From contig OZ024740.1 of NCBI GenBank assembly GCA_964016885.1, forward strand, positions 35,960,001-36,024,000: a stretch of 64,000 nt of DNA, given 5' to 3'. This document shows, one piece after another, positions 29,371-41,358 of this stretch; the stretch's first letter is position 1; each line of letters opens with the position of its first letter. A model generated the notes under the pieces. It was not told the origin of the DNA and ran no database searches. It was given only the letters and a program-made list of their open reading frames with translations. A program made the translations under genes and the position numbers. The stretch comes from Eledone cirrhosa (taxonomy: Eukaryota).

Positions 29371-29518
29371 AATGGCGACTTGCGTCGGAAAACATCTTAT
29401 CGTGAGCTCCTAAAGGTTTGTAGTTTTAAGTTGTTTTGAATTGCCAGTTATGGAATATTTTTGTTGTTAACTGTTTATAAGTTCATATAGTTATGTAATA
29501 AACAACATAAGGCAATTA

Positions 29519-29578
29519 TTCCATTTACCAGTGGTTTCTTAAAAGCAAAAGATTTTGCTTTCAATCCTCAGAATGAAA
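29519..29578 (-). ncRNA. Type I hammerhead ribozyme motif (mirror copy)
   Basis: exact reverse complement of 29643-29702. Confidence 0.85.
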
Positions 29579-29642
29579 AAATCCTGGTCTGTTTATTGAA
29601 TTTGGATTTTAAAATCCAAATTCAATAAACAGACCAGAATTT

Positions 29643-29702
29643 TTTCATTCTGAGGATTGAAAGCAAAATCTTTTGCTTTTAAGAAACCACTGGTAAATGG
29701 AA
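29643..29702 (+). ncRNA. Type I hammerhead ribozyme motif
   Basis: stem I UUUCAUU/AAUGGAA; core CUGAGGA (29650-56); stem II UUGAAAGCAAA/UUUGCUUUUAA; GAAA (29683-86); stem III ACC-ACU-GGU; GUA triplet, predicted cut after 29695. Confidence 0.85.
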
Positions 29703-31671
29703 TAATTGCCTTATGTTGTTTATTACATAACTATTAAGCTCTGTTACCTACATAGAGCACTCTTTTTTCCTGGACTTTTCCGACGGAATTACTTCATTTA
29801 TAAGTTCATATATATAGTTTCTGAAAAGGACACTCAATAATATTGGGGCTTGAGCCCAAATCTGAACTTTATTTTGTCAAATAAACAATTTTTTTTTGTA
29901 AAAAAAAACCCAGCTGTCACGTGACAGCGGCTCTAACATAAACACCATTCCCACCATCACCATCGTGAACCTTGCTACAATTGCCAACACCGATAACGTT
30001 TTCGCTAACAGCAGCAGCAGCAGCAACAGCAGTCGCCAAAGTTTTCCACGTGCAGACGTAAGCATTCCACCTTTGCCAATGTCTACAGGTGTTAAAGCCA
30101 CCATCTCCACCGCCACAATGTCTCGTGATAACAAAATGGATTCTCCCACAATGTCGACAGTCACGTCGAATGCCAGTGACACCACCACAGCAACAACTGA
30201 AACAAAAAATAATAAAGGACTGGGCTTCTTCTTCGGGAACAGAAAATACTTAAGCTCTGATGAGTTGTCGTTCCTCAATAAAATAAAGTGTAATATACAT
30301 TATATACTTACTAATGTATCCAGAAATGTGCCGCTGTTATACTGACAAATATAATACTATACTCAAGAAATTACTACTCTCTGATTTACTAAAATTCCCA
30401 ATAATCACGCAGATATACTTTTTATCCTTTCTGTCTTTTTTTACTGCAACTACAAAAACACATAGCTGCTTTCAATTATCAGGTTGTATACTTACTTCAT
30501 CTAATCCTGTTTAATGTATCCACTAATATTTTACTCGTCAATGCAACGTTGTTCTTTTTCAAACCAGCAGTGGGTACTTTCATCAATCATCTCAAGAAAT
30601 ACTGCTTTCTGAATGTGCCCCTTTGCCCGCTTGTTTACTATATTCAAAACACGTCAAACTGAACGTCAATTGCATTGAAGTAAACTCTTTAAGAGTGCTG
30701 AAAATGTTGATAAGTATTCGTTGAAAATTAGGAAGAGATTCGAGAATAGAGCAATCTTTTGAAAAAATATAAAGGAAGTTTAGATTTGTGAGATGTCTAT
30801 GAGAGATTGAAATGTGGATAGCTACATCAGAAGTAGTGTACGGAAAAATATATTTGAGTAATTTTGAAATAGTATAAGCAAATTTAGACAAGAGGCAACA
30901 ATGATAGTTCAAATAAAAATAAGAAATAACGTCCTGAACACTTTCTAAAAAGATTGTGATCATCTGGCACACAATAAATGAATATATTTGAGAGTTGTAT
31001 GATATCACTAACTGACCGTGATCAAAGTATGAATAATCCATGTCTTTGACTAATATATGTAGAAAACATCGCCTGATGGAAATCAATGATTGGTTTTAGC
31101 AAACGGTTGTTCAATACTGATTGGAAAAGACGAAATGTCCCTCTACTTTAAAGAGTAGAACGTCTGAGGCACAATATATTTGACTGATTTTCAACCATCT
31201 TAATTTGATTTATATACTTTAGTAATATCATTTCTTTCTCTTTCTCTTTCCACACTTACATACTACAGTAGACTTTCTATACTACTCTACTCCATACCTT
31301 AATAAATATTACCATCTCTATATTATATTCCTGCACATATTACTCTACTTCTTCTATAGTCTACGAACACTAACACCTGTATGGTTTCGCTTTTCAAATT
31401 TACATCTTGGAGTTATTTCCCTTTGCTATAATACGTTTTTCGTAAACTAACGTTTTTAGAACACGTTGCTATTAACGGTATCTTATAAACTCGTATAAGC
31501 GTCTCAAGATTAGGTCACAATTTTGATCTCGCTTACATTCTAGATATATGGTCAATATTGGGCCTTGAAGCCTTAGGTAGCGCTTTTGTTCCGTGTATGA
31601 ACATAAATAAATAAATAATATATGGCCTCAGCCGGATGGCTGAAACAGGTAAAAGAGTAATATATATATAT

Positions 31672-31784
31672 AGTAAATGAGTGAAGGATAACGTGAATCG
31701 GCTGTACAATAGGGTTTATTGAAAGTATTACTTTGAATAAACCCTACTGTACTGCCGATCCACGTTATCCTTCACTCATTTGCT
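31672..31784. repeat. Imperfect palindrome (56-bp arms)
   Basis: AGTAAATGAGTGAAGGATAACGTG...CACGTTATCCTTCACTCATTTGCT, about 5 mismatches, next to (TA)n. Confidence 0.85.
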
Positions 31785-31908
31785 TACCTAGGAAGTGTCT
31801 TGAAACGGCCACCCGACTGGTGACCCAAACAACGCCGAACGTTAAAACGATCCTCGATACAGAGTACTCATAACCTCTACTTGGATTACCTTACACGATA
31901 TCTCGTTA

Positions 31909-31950
31909 ACACACGCGCACACACACACACACACACACACATACACACAC

Positions 31951-32042
<92 letters not shown>
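31909..32042. repeat. (CA)n(TA)n microsatellite
   Basis: direct reading. Confidence 0.95.
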
Positions 32043-32044
<2 letters not shown>

Positions 32045-32129
32045 TAGTTTTGTCAATCAATAATTTGTGAATTTATTATCTGATATTAGATAAAGTAATT
32101 TTCTTATTTATTTTTGTAATCCATTTCAG

Positions 32130-32324
32130 ATTGTTCAAGAAGCTCTTGATAAAGCCAGAGCAGGCCGTACCTGTTTAGTTGTTGCCCACAGACTTTCAAC
32201 AATTAAGAATGCTGACAAAATAGCTGTCATAGTTGATGGCAAGGTACATGAAATAGGAACACATACTGAATTAGAGGAGAACAGGGATGTTTACTTTGAT
32301 TTACTTAAAAATCAAACTCTTTAA
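32130..32324 (+). CDS. ABCB1: ABCB1-like terminal coding exon (H-loop, stop)
   Basis: tttcAG acceptor; [67 protein letters not shown] (stop 32322-32324). Confidence 0.95.
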   Translation: MVQEALDKARAGRTCLVVAHRLSTIKNADKIAVIVDGKVHEIGTHTELEENRDVYFDLLKNQTL

Positions 32325-32557
32325 ATTTTGTTTAGGAAACAATTGTATCTGGAAATGTTGGAAACATCACATTATAATCATTATATTTGGGGAGGAATTT
32401 ATATTTTCAATAAGATCTTTTATTCAAATTTTACATATGTATATACAAATATAGATACATTCATAAACGCACGTATAGACACACACACACACGCATGTGC
32501 GTACCACTCCGCACGCGCTCTCTCACAGATACGCACACGCACACACAGACACACAAG

Positions 32558-32606
<49 letters not shown>

Positions 32607-32609
<3 letters not shown>

Positions 32610-32862
32610 GAAAGTGAACAATACAAAATATAACTACTCCATTACCAAAAGTTTCTGGCTCACAGACGATAATAATATACGTCTGGATTGTTCGTAACAT
32701 CTATATCTGACGAAAGATCCAGACGTATATTATTATCGTCTGTGATCCAGAAACCTTTGGTAATGGAGTAATTATATTTTGTGTTGTTCACTTTCTAATT
32801 AAATAGCTCTGTTCTATACATAGAGTACTCTTTTTTCCTTTGCTTTTCCTTTGGAATTACCT
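32607..32862 (+). mobile_element. Second inverted-repeat/hammerhead element of the same family
   Basis: arms 32607-32688 / 32717-32798; CTGACGA 32707, CAGACG/CGTCTG stem II, GAAACC-TTT-GGTA; 3' tail AGCTCTGTT..ACATAGAG.ACTCTTTTTTCC..GGAATTAC shared with 29737-29792. Confidence 0.75.
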
Positions 32863-33162
32863 AACACACACACACATATATATATGTATATTCCGTTTAT
32901 GTTGGGTAGAACTGGTCATTCCGGTTAGTAAACCATGATGAAATTCTAAGAAAGGCACTGTACGTTATGCAATCATCCAGCAAAGATGCTGAATCTCGAG
33001 GTTGATGCAGGAATGGAGTAGAATATTTATTTAAAACAACAGAAGGCTAGACTGAAAATATCCTTTTAAAATTTCAATGTTGCACCCTATATAGAATACA
33101 CACCAAGATTACAATGATGTTGAAGTGTATACAACGTTTTAGGACACCCTATATATATGTAT

Positions 33163-33329
33163 ATATCAATAATATTAATAAATGAAAAATATCTTTATAA
33201 AACCATATTTATTTTATAAATAAGATTATAGATAATAAATGATGGAATGTTTTAAGATCTATTCATCTCTCAAGATAAAATAAATATGGTTTTATAAAGA
33301 TATTTTCCATTTATTAATATTATTGATAT
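33163..33329. repeat. AT-rich inverted repeat (55-bp arms, ~57-bp spacer)
   Basis: ATATCAATAATATTAATAAATG..CCATATTTATTTTAT and its reverse complement. Confidence 0.85.
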
Positions 33330-33413
33330 TATACTCCAGAAGAATCTTGTTGAGTGCTTCTAATCTGTTATAGATTAACTTTGTTGAATAATCAACAAAC
33401 CAGATAACTCATT

Positions 33414-33451
<38 letters not shown>

Positions 33452-33729
33452 CAAAGTGTTGTAGTTTGCTTGAAGAATTGTGGAATAAGAAATACAAATT
33501 TAAATAAATTTAAATATTTGGAAGCTTGATAATATGTGCGAGATTAAAAGTGCCAAGATGATAGGAGTTATTAAGAATAAGAACGGTAGAATTTTACCAT
33601 AGCAACTTTATTGAACTCAAATATTTTCGGATTTACCATCCATTATCCAGAGAGAGTGTATAGGTATTTAAAGTTTTAAAGAACAATCAGAGAAGAGTTG
33701 TTGTTGGTTAGCAGATTTAATTTAATATA

Positions 33730-33856
<127 letters not shown>

Positions 33857-33987
33857 TCTGGCAATATTATAACACTATGACCCTCCCCAAGTATATGTAT
33901 GTAAAAGGTAAACAGAAATAACAACACAATCGGTACAGTATATGGAAGGAATATATTAGGTTAACGCTTGAAATACCAGGAAGAAGG

Positions 33988-34022
33988 TTTTAAGGTTTCG
34001 GACGCTAGTCCTTCATCAGAAG
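33988..34022 (-). ncRNA. Minimal Penelope-type hammerhead remnant
   Basis: minus strand CUGAUGA-A-GGAC-UAGC-GUCC-GAAA-CCUUA; stems I and III weak. Confidence 0.55.
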
Positions 34023-34132
34023 AAAGAATGAGAAATAAGATAGATTGAAGGGACCGGCGGGGTGGAATTGGAAAATATGTCGTTAGATAAAAATAACAGG
34101 TCCATTCATGTTGACATCTCTTGGAAGGAGAG

Positions 34133-34298
34133 AAGAGTGCTCTATGTATTGTATAGAACTATTTAATTACATAATAAACAACACAATATAATTATTTCAT
34201 TACCGACGAACGAACTGGATGTTTCTTGCAAGGATCATCTAGTTTCTTGAAACCTTCTGTAATGAAATAATTATATTGTGTTGTTTATTATCTAATTA
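34133..34298. mobile_element. Third inverted-repeat/hammerhead family copy (degenerate)
   Basis: arms 34164-34203 / 34259-34298; CCGACGA..AACTGGATG/CATCTAGTT..GAAACCTTCTGTAATG; family tail in reverse at 34133-34160. Confidence 0.65.
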
Positions 34299-34647
34299 TA
34301 TATATATATATATAACGAAGGAAGTGTGGTAAGGAACCAGGTGGACCATAACGCACCAGAGTACTCAATACTTTGGGTAGTAGAGTGGGTAATAGGAAAT
34401 ATATATATATATATATATATATATTGGAAAATGTGTGAGATCCTTGGTACAGTTAGGTATATTTTAAAAAAAGGTAAAGAATGACTTCACTTGTAGTTCT
34501 AAACAATTTGATTTAATTTTATGATATTATGATTTGGTTGATGGAGTAAGTTCTTTGTTAACTTCGGTGGGAAGAATTTTAAAGATTCCTGGTTAACTTT
34601 CGTGGAGAACTTTCTCGCATTCGTCGGTGGTGGTGGGGATTGGCAAG

Positions 34648-34744
<97 letters not shown>

Positions 34745-35144
34745 CGGTGTGTGCTGTGTGTGTGTATGTGTGTGTGTGTGTAAATAGTAAATAGAAATAA
34801 CAAAGCAAACAACATAGTACAACGAGGAAATATATTAAGAGAAAATAGAGTTATCTGCTTTTTGTAGGCAGTTTTACGTTTTTGAAAAGTGGATTTGCGT
34901 AACAAACAGGAAAAAGCAACTTACCAGTTAGTCGTGCTAAACGCTCTCAATGGAGTTATGTAACAAATATCTTGATGATACAAGATGCATCACCGAGTGT
35001 GGTACTTAGGTTTCAAGGAGTGATCCATGGAATAATATAATATACACGGGATATCAGGAAAAACTACTAACATTTATTTATACAATATTGTATCAATAAA
35101 CGTTTCTTTGAACTTCAATAAATGTTGCCTAGTTCTTCTCGTTT

Positions 35145-35206
<62 letters not shown>

Positions 35207-35489
35207 CCCGCTTACACACACATATAGATATGTACATACACAAACGTCGCAAATACATGTATACATACATACATACATATATACATACATGCATGCATAC
35301 ATACACATACATATATACATACATATAAACATACATATATACATACAAACATGCATGCATGCATACACATACATATAAACATACATATATACATACGTAC
35401 ATGCATACCCGCATACATGATGGCTTCCCCCTCGTTATCGAGTATGGCCATTGCACGAAAGAAAAACTAAAAAACACACATATATCTTA

Positions 35490-36815
35490 ATAATTAACAG
35501 TGCTGCGATCGAATGTGGCTTTTTAGCCCAGCCAATGATCTAAAATGTCTTGCACAGAGTTGGCAACCAAGACATTCACTGGGAATAGCCAGCTGTGGTT
35601 GGACTTGATGTACTTTTGCATGTCTTTTGAGAGCTCCTGCTAATCTACACTCTTTTCCATTGCTTGACAGGTATGATGAGTAGCATCTCCGACAGCAGCC
35701 TCGTAGTCACCACTGGTCTCACTTTATGACTGCAAAGATGACTTTCGAGTGCAGCTTTGCTGAGGCAGAGTCTTGTATAGACGTTGCATGTCAGTGACAT
35801 AGGAGGACCTTTGCTGTCTGGAAATGCAACAGCAATGCCCTTCCTCACATCCCTCTTTACTTCCTCGTATGTGATTCGAGATGCCTCAAAAGCAACTTTT
35901 CCCTCATATACAGTCTTTCTCCATTTATTATGATCAACAGCTACGCTTTCCCATGTATCAGCAGAGATGTTAGCGTCTTTCAATGAGGTTTTCAACGAAT
36001 CCTTATATCACTTTTTTGGTTTATGTGGAGGTTGTTTTCCTTTAACTAACTCTCCATAAAAGAGTTGTTTGGGTATTCTAGAATCCTGGCAAGGTGACCA
36101 CTCCATCGGAGTCTTTGCTTAAGCACAAGAGCTTCTATACTGTCACATAGAGAGCTTTCCAAAATATCGACATCACTGATGTGGTCCCTCCAGTGAACGC
36201 CATGGATCGGTCTGAGACACATCTGATGGAAACGTTCCAACTGTTTAAGGTGGTATCAATATGTGACCCAGGTCTCGTAGGCATAAAGAAGAGAAGAGAG
36301 CACACATGCCTTGTACACCTTTACTTTTGTCTTCTTGCATATGTCACGCCGACCCCAGTGTCGCCTTTCTAGCTTTCCGAAAGCATCATTTGCTTTCCTA
36401 ATCTTGAGTGGAATTTCATTATCAAGGTTGCTGTATCGATTGACAGTGCTTCGCAGGTAGACAAACTGATCAACCACTCCATGTCGTTTACCATACACAT
36501 AGATATTTGGTTCACTGTACTACTTACCAGGAGCAAGTTGGTATATAACAACGGTTTTCTTGAGACTGACAGTCAATCCTAAGGCAGTGCAATCATCAGA
36601 AAATGCATTCAAAATATGATGCATATCAATCTCTGTGTTCGCTACAAGATCGTAGTCATCTGCATACAAGAGGTCTCTTATGATAGAGGTAAATACTTTT
36701 GTTTTTGCAGCAAAGCGCCTGATGTTAAATATGTTGCCAGAGGTTCGATAGTAGATATAAACATCATGCTTGCAATTCCTGAATGCAATATAGAAAACCA
36801 TCCCAAAATATATGG
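35490..36815 (-). mobile_element. RTE (BovB-like) LINE, 5'-truncated
   Basis: LLYADD, TKVKVYKACVLSSLLY..ETW, LERFHQMCLR, RLRWSGHL, C-terminal C2H2-like motif. Confidence 0.85.
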
Positions 36816-36819
36816 CAAA

Positions 36820-37008
36820 TAGGGTCGGTGTTGGAATATCACTGGGTCTGGCGCCATGCTTTGCAACAAAGAGTTACAGCCCTTTATAGTATGGGTTCAA
36901 ATCCCGCCGAGATTAACTTTGTCTTTCATCCTTACAGGGTCGATAAAATAAAATACCAGTAATGTACTGCGTAATTGCTGGCCTTGTGCCAAAAGTAGAA
37001 ACAATTAT
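36820..37008 (+). mobile_element. SINE family 1
   Basis: matches consensus. Confidence 0.8.
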
Positions 37009-37615
37009 TTTTCACTTAAAAAAAGGACCTGTTCCAATCTATATTTCAAAGAAGACCAGCCTCTTTCACCCTGCCAGCTACTGATATATCACACTCACTT
37101 CAAACAATATAGAGATGATTGTAAACAATAAATTATTTCATTCTCTTCTCTTCCTCCTCCAGTACTGTTGTTGAGAGCCCAATCATACTGACGACAAGTT
37201 TCCATATATCACACAGCAGTCATTACTTGCTATTGAGAGTTTCGGTGAAATCAAGGTTGTTCTTGATTTTAGTAAATCTATTAACCGTAGCCAGCTATGT
37301 AGCGTACATGTGATCATTATTGGCATTCATCTCCTGGATCGAAAAGAAAACTCTGCTGGATGCTCCTGTGCAATGAACGTTGATGGGATTCCCATGCATA
37401 TTCTACCATACCTGGTTTACGTACTCCAATATTCGCTTATTAAAGGTCTTGTCTGTGATATTTTTCAAAACATACCACCTTTCATCCTTCGTGTTCTCTT
37501 AACCTTCCGCTGGAATACGACCCCAATATTCAGCTTAGACACTTCACACCAGGCCTGCGACGTCACCAATAAAAGAGATTTTGACAACCATCAATAGATC
37601 AATGACAAAATTGCT

Positions 37616-37672
<57 letters not shown>

Positions 37673-37673
<1 letters not shown>

Positions 37674-39547
37674 TAGCTAAACTACCCGCCCTTTGGACGG
37701 TTCAAGTAGCTTTCGATGTAGCTCATTAAACTAAACAAAGTAAATTTGAATACATAGAAGAAAAACGTACTTTATGTAAACATGAAAACCTTAGGCACCC
37801 TTCCAGCGAAATAATTAATATGTGAGCTCGGTGTCATCCGTTATCCCATGTAACAACAGAAATCCAGTCTAGGTATAAATGTTTTTGACAACAGTAAAAG
37901 AGCATCATGAAATAGAGAAGTGAAGTGAATAATAGACACTCTGGGTAATTGCTGGCCTTGTGCCAATAGTAGAAACAATTATGTACATAGGTTGGAATAA
38001 CAATACAGATTGGACATAACAGGAGGGAACTGATGGATGAGCAAATCGTTATAAAAAGAGGTGGATGTTGGGTGGGAGCACTCATTGTCTTTTGGATTAT
38101 TGAAGAGCAGATTTATACACAACATTTTTGGTTTTCCCATCAGGAGCATAAATAAATATGTTGTCAGGATTACCAACTCGAGAACAGCCAACGTAAAACT
38201 GGCCATGTGAAAAGCAATGGGTTAGAAGATCCCGACCAACAACTTTAAGAGATTGGCCTTGAGATTTGTTTATGGTCATTGCAAACCTAAGCTTGAATGA
38301 GACTTGTAACCCTTTCATGGGAAATGGACAATCAGAAGGGGTAAAAGGAATTTTGGGAATAAAAACAGATTCATTTCGCTCGGGTCCTGTGATTATTTCT
38401 GCCTCAATTACAAGGTTCATCAGTTGCTTTACCGCCAGTCTTGTTCCATTACAAAGAAAGGGGGTAAATTACGTAGCAGGATAACAGGAGCTCCAACTTT
38501 TAGATACAACTCGTGAGGAGGTTGTCCTGGAGGATCCTGAGAGTTAAGAAACTCTGTTGGGAAGTTGGTCACTTGATCAAAGTCTGTAACAGTGTCAGCT
38601 GACTTGTAACAGCGTTGAATAGAGGGCAACTGACCAACTATTTCGTGATTGATCAGCTTAACAGCAGCATTTGTGGGTGCAAGAATAGCCCTCTCACAAA
38701 GCCAATCAGGATTCATGAATTCAGTTGAAATATTTGGATAAACTGAAGAACATAAGTCATCGGGCGTTGAAACTGAGCGGCCAATGCTAGAAGTGTCAAT
38801 GTATCCATTGTCGTCGGACTCAAGTTGACCATCACCGATTTGGAGGAGTTGAGTGGAAAATGGCGTAAACGGACGACCAGTTTGTAATAGCGATCGCATG
38901 TAAAGTAGACACGGTATAACACAATCGAATGTAAAAATAAAGATTAATTTTAAAATGTATTTGAAGTACATGTAGCGGTAGAACGTTGGAAATGTACAGG
39001 GTATGTAAGTTAATAACTAAATTATGTGTCAGAAACGTAGTCTAATCAATGCGAAAAAATAGAATAATTCTTTAGATAAATTTAAGCATAATATTGTGAA
39101 AGTTCTGACATCAGTTAATGTATTAACATCAACATTGAAACGATAAATTATACAATGTCAAATCTATAACTTAACTTAGTAATCTGTTAGAAATTGCTGG
39201 TTGTGAAATATATAAAATGATATTGTTATTCTCTTTGTTTCAAGTAGAAAGAGTAAATTAAAATCCGAATGAGCCGAATTACGAAAGATAACTCTTGATT
39301 ACAAAAGATAACTCTTGTCTTACTTAATCACGAAAATTCACACAAATAACCGAAATTTTTTAATGTCTCCAAAGGCCCCAATATTGATTTTTGAAAGTCT
39401 TTGTAGATCATGTACAGGTTTTGTGCAAAGAGAAGCTCTGTAAAAAATTTCAAAGAAATCGTATGAATCGTTTAGAATATGGGAGCCATTATTAAAAATT
39501 GTCGTCACACATACATACAGAAAACTTCAGATTTATATATATAGAGA
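37673..39547 (-). mobile_element. Non-autonomous Helitron retaining a PIF1 helicase C-terminal fragment
   Basis: 5' A|TCTCTATATATATAAA; 3' hairpin CCGTCC-AAA-GGGCGG then CTAG|T; ERAILAPTN, LKVGAPVILLRNL, FAMTINKSQGQSL, FSHGQFYVGCSRV at 38097-38900. Confidence 0.88.
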
Positions 39548-39619
39548 TATAGGAAAAGAGTCAGGACCTCGATGGCTAAGCTCCGGCCGTTTCGACAGCT
39601 AGCTCTGAACTGTCTTGAG

Positions 39620-39910
39620 TTCGGATCTAGCTGTCTAAACGACACCATGTGACTTCTGGCTTTTCCCAAATCTGAAAAGCACGCTGAAAGGGAAGCAATT
39701 TGAGTCATGAGAGAAGATTATGAGAAAAGCGACGGCGGAGCTCTATAGCATTCCAGAGAAGGCATTCCAGAGGTGTTACCAACCGTAGCAGAACCGCTGG
39801 GAAAACTGTATGAACTCCCAAGGGGAGTACTTTGAAGATGATTAAATAAAAGTTGAGAAATGTAGAAAATTGTTTTTTTTATGCCCAAAATTCGGAGACC
39901 TTTTGAACGC
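39620..39910 (+). mobile_element. mariner transposase 3' remnant
   Basis: PCDFWLFPNLKSTLKGKQF..RWENCMNSQGEYFE, then a TIR-like end. Confidence 0.8.
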
Positions 39911-40044
39911 TGTTTCTAAATGTACAAAATTTAAATATATATTCCAGTTTTCCAGACATACCTGACCAATAAGTAGCTTATTTTATATGTTCTTTTATGG
40001 TTACCTTTATATGTACAAGAAGTTTCAATCTATCTTACAGCAGA

Positions 40045-40210
40045 CAGTGAATGTAGTGAATTGGCAGAGCGGTTAGGATGTTGGATCGAATGCTTTGTGG
40101 TATTCGTTTCGGCGATCTGCTCTCTGAGTTCAAATCCTGCCAATAACTACTTTACCTTTCACCCCTTCGAGGTCAATAAAAAAGTACCAGTCTAGTACTG
40201 GGGTCGATTC
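40045..40210 (+). mobile_element. SINE family 1, diverged
   Basis: TTGGCAGAGCGGTTAG..GAGTTCAAATCC..AAAGTACCAG. Confidence 0.7.
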
Positions 40211-40824
40211 TTTCTCTTTGTCTGTCTCTCACTTCAATTCTCTCACTCTCTATCCTTCTCTGGAAGAAATCTACTGTATTCAAACCTGGAGAGGAAATGG
40301 GCTCCGCTAGGTTTTAATAAACTGCCCTGGAAATGCCGTATGCTAATAGGGCGCCCCCACAACTACCTCAGGAGTTCGGGACCATACATACAAACCAGGT
40401 TTTGGCCTGTGTTTGTGTTTCTACCTATAGTTAAAGTTTGTGTGCCGGCTAGGTTAGCTATAGCAATTTCTGTAGAATAGCTGATATATAGCCATCTTTT
40501 ACATTAGTATAACATTTCGTGTGAAATAAATACGGACATACCTAAAGTGGAGAGTCTACTTATTCTCAACTAACACATACATTTCACATTGACTGTCTTA
40601 TCAATGTAGGTCAAATCTAGGTCTAAATGTAAAAATATTCCCATGCTTATTAGCAATTCTGAAAAATTGATGTAAAATAATTATAAATCATAAATAAAGA
40701 CCAGAGAATGAATATTTTAAACTGAAAATATTGTTTTATTAAACAATTGTTTTATTAAAATCTAATGTTAAGTGGGATGGGTAAGTGAAGTGAATAAAAT
40801 GTCAAATATCTTTAGACCTGGAAT

Positions 40825-41358
40825 GGACTTCCGTCGGTTTCGACGACAAGTGTTATAGTTCTTTTATTAATGGAACAGATTGCTCAGGAAATTAAAGCAA
40901 AAGTGGCTGAGTATTCCAGAGCCACCTGTATCCTTAACATAATTCTCAGGGAGATACTGCGTGACAATATGTGTCAACATTAGTCTTTTGAATCACAGGG
41001 AAAGTTTATTCAACGGGCTTCGATCAACACTGGTCATTTGAATCACAGGAAGAGTTCATTCAATGGGTTTCGATCAACATTAGTCTTTTGAATGACAGGA
41101 ACAGTCCATTCAACGGGCTTCGATCAATATTGGTCCTTTGAATTACAGGAACAGTCCATTCAACGGGCTTCGATCATCAACACTGGTCCTTTGAATCACA
41201 GGAAGAGATCATTCAACGGGTTTCAAAATAGTTTCTGTTTAATAAACTTTATTCACGAAACTATAATAAATGACACCTGCCCAAGATGGTCTGTATGACA
41301 GAATCCGGAATCTAATGATTGCTAAGCGAACTTCTTAACAATTCTAACATGCCAGCGT
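40825..41358 (-). mobile_element. Probable SINE (family 3) with an internal ~49-bp tandem amplification
   Basis: about 5 units CAACATTAGTCTTTTGAATCACAGGAA..TTCAACGGGCTTCGAT at 40975-41222; family assignment from memory. Confidence 0.5.

Larger units (their letters stand above)
29490..29796. mobile_element. Palindromic hammerhead-bearing insertion (Penelope-like derivative) with 16-bp TSD
   Basis: palindrome 29487-29734 (one mismatch); TSD TTTATAAGTTCATATA at 29474-29489 and 29797-29812. Confidence 0.85.
29374..30212 (+). mobile_element. Tx1 5' UTR + ORF1 start (same subfamily as 1-1160), 3'-truncated, interrupted by a palindromic insertion
   Basis: GGCGAC..CGTGAGCTCC..AAAGGTTTG start; peptide IVNLATIANT..PPLPMSTGVKAT..TTETK matches the ORF1 at 600-943. 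Confidence 0.8.

Noticed and set aside
31110-31175. Possible hammerhead (CTGATTG..AGACG/CGTCT..GAGGCAC) after a coding-like remnant at 30330-31100
   Set aside because: Both core motifs deviate; the upstream remnant could not be assigned to a PLE by eye.
32310-32324. C-terminal PDZ motif in the ABCB1-like protein (NQTL)
   Set aside because: Position -2 is Q, not S/T; does not fit class I.
38097-38971. Host PIF1 helicase gene
   Set aside because: Intronless, frameshifted, partial and enclosed by Helitron termini.
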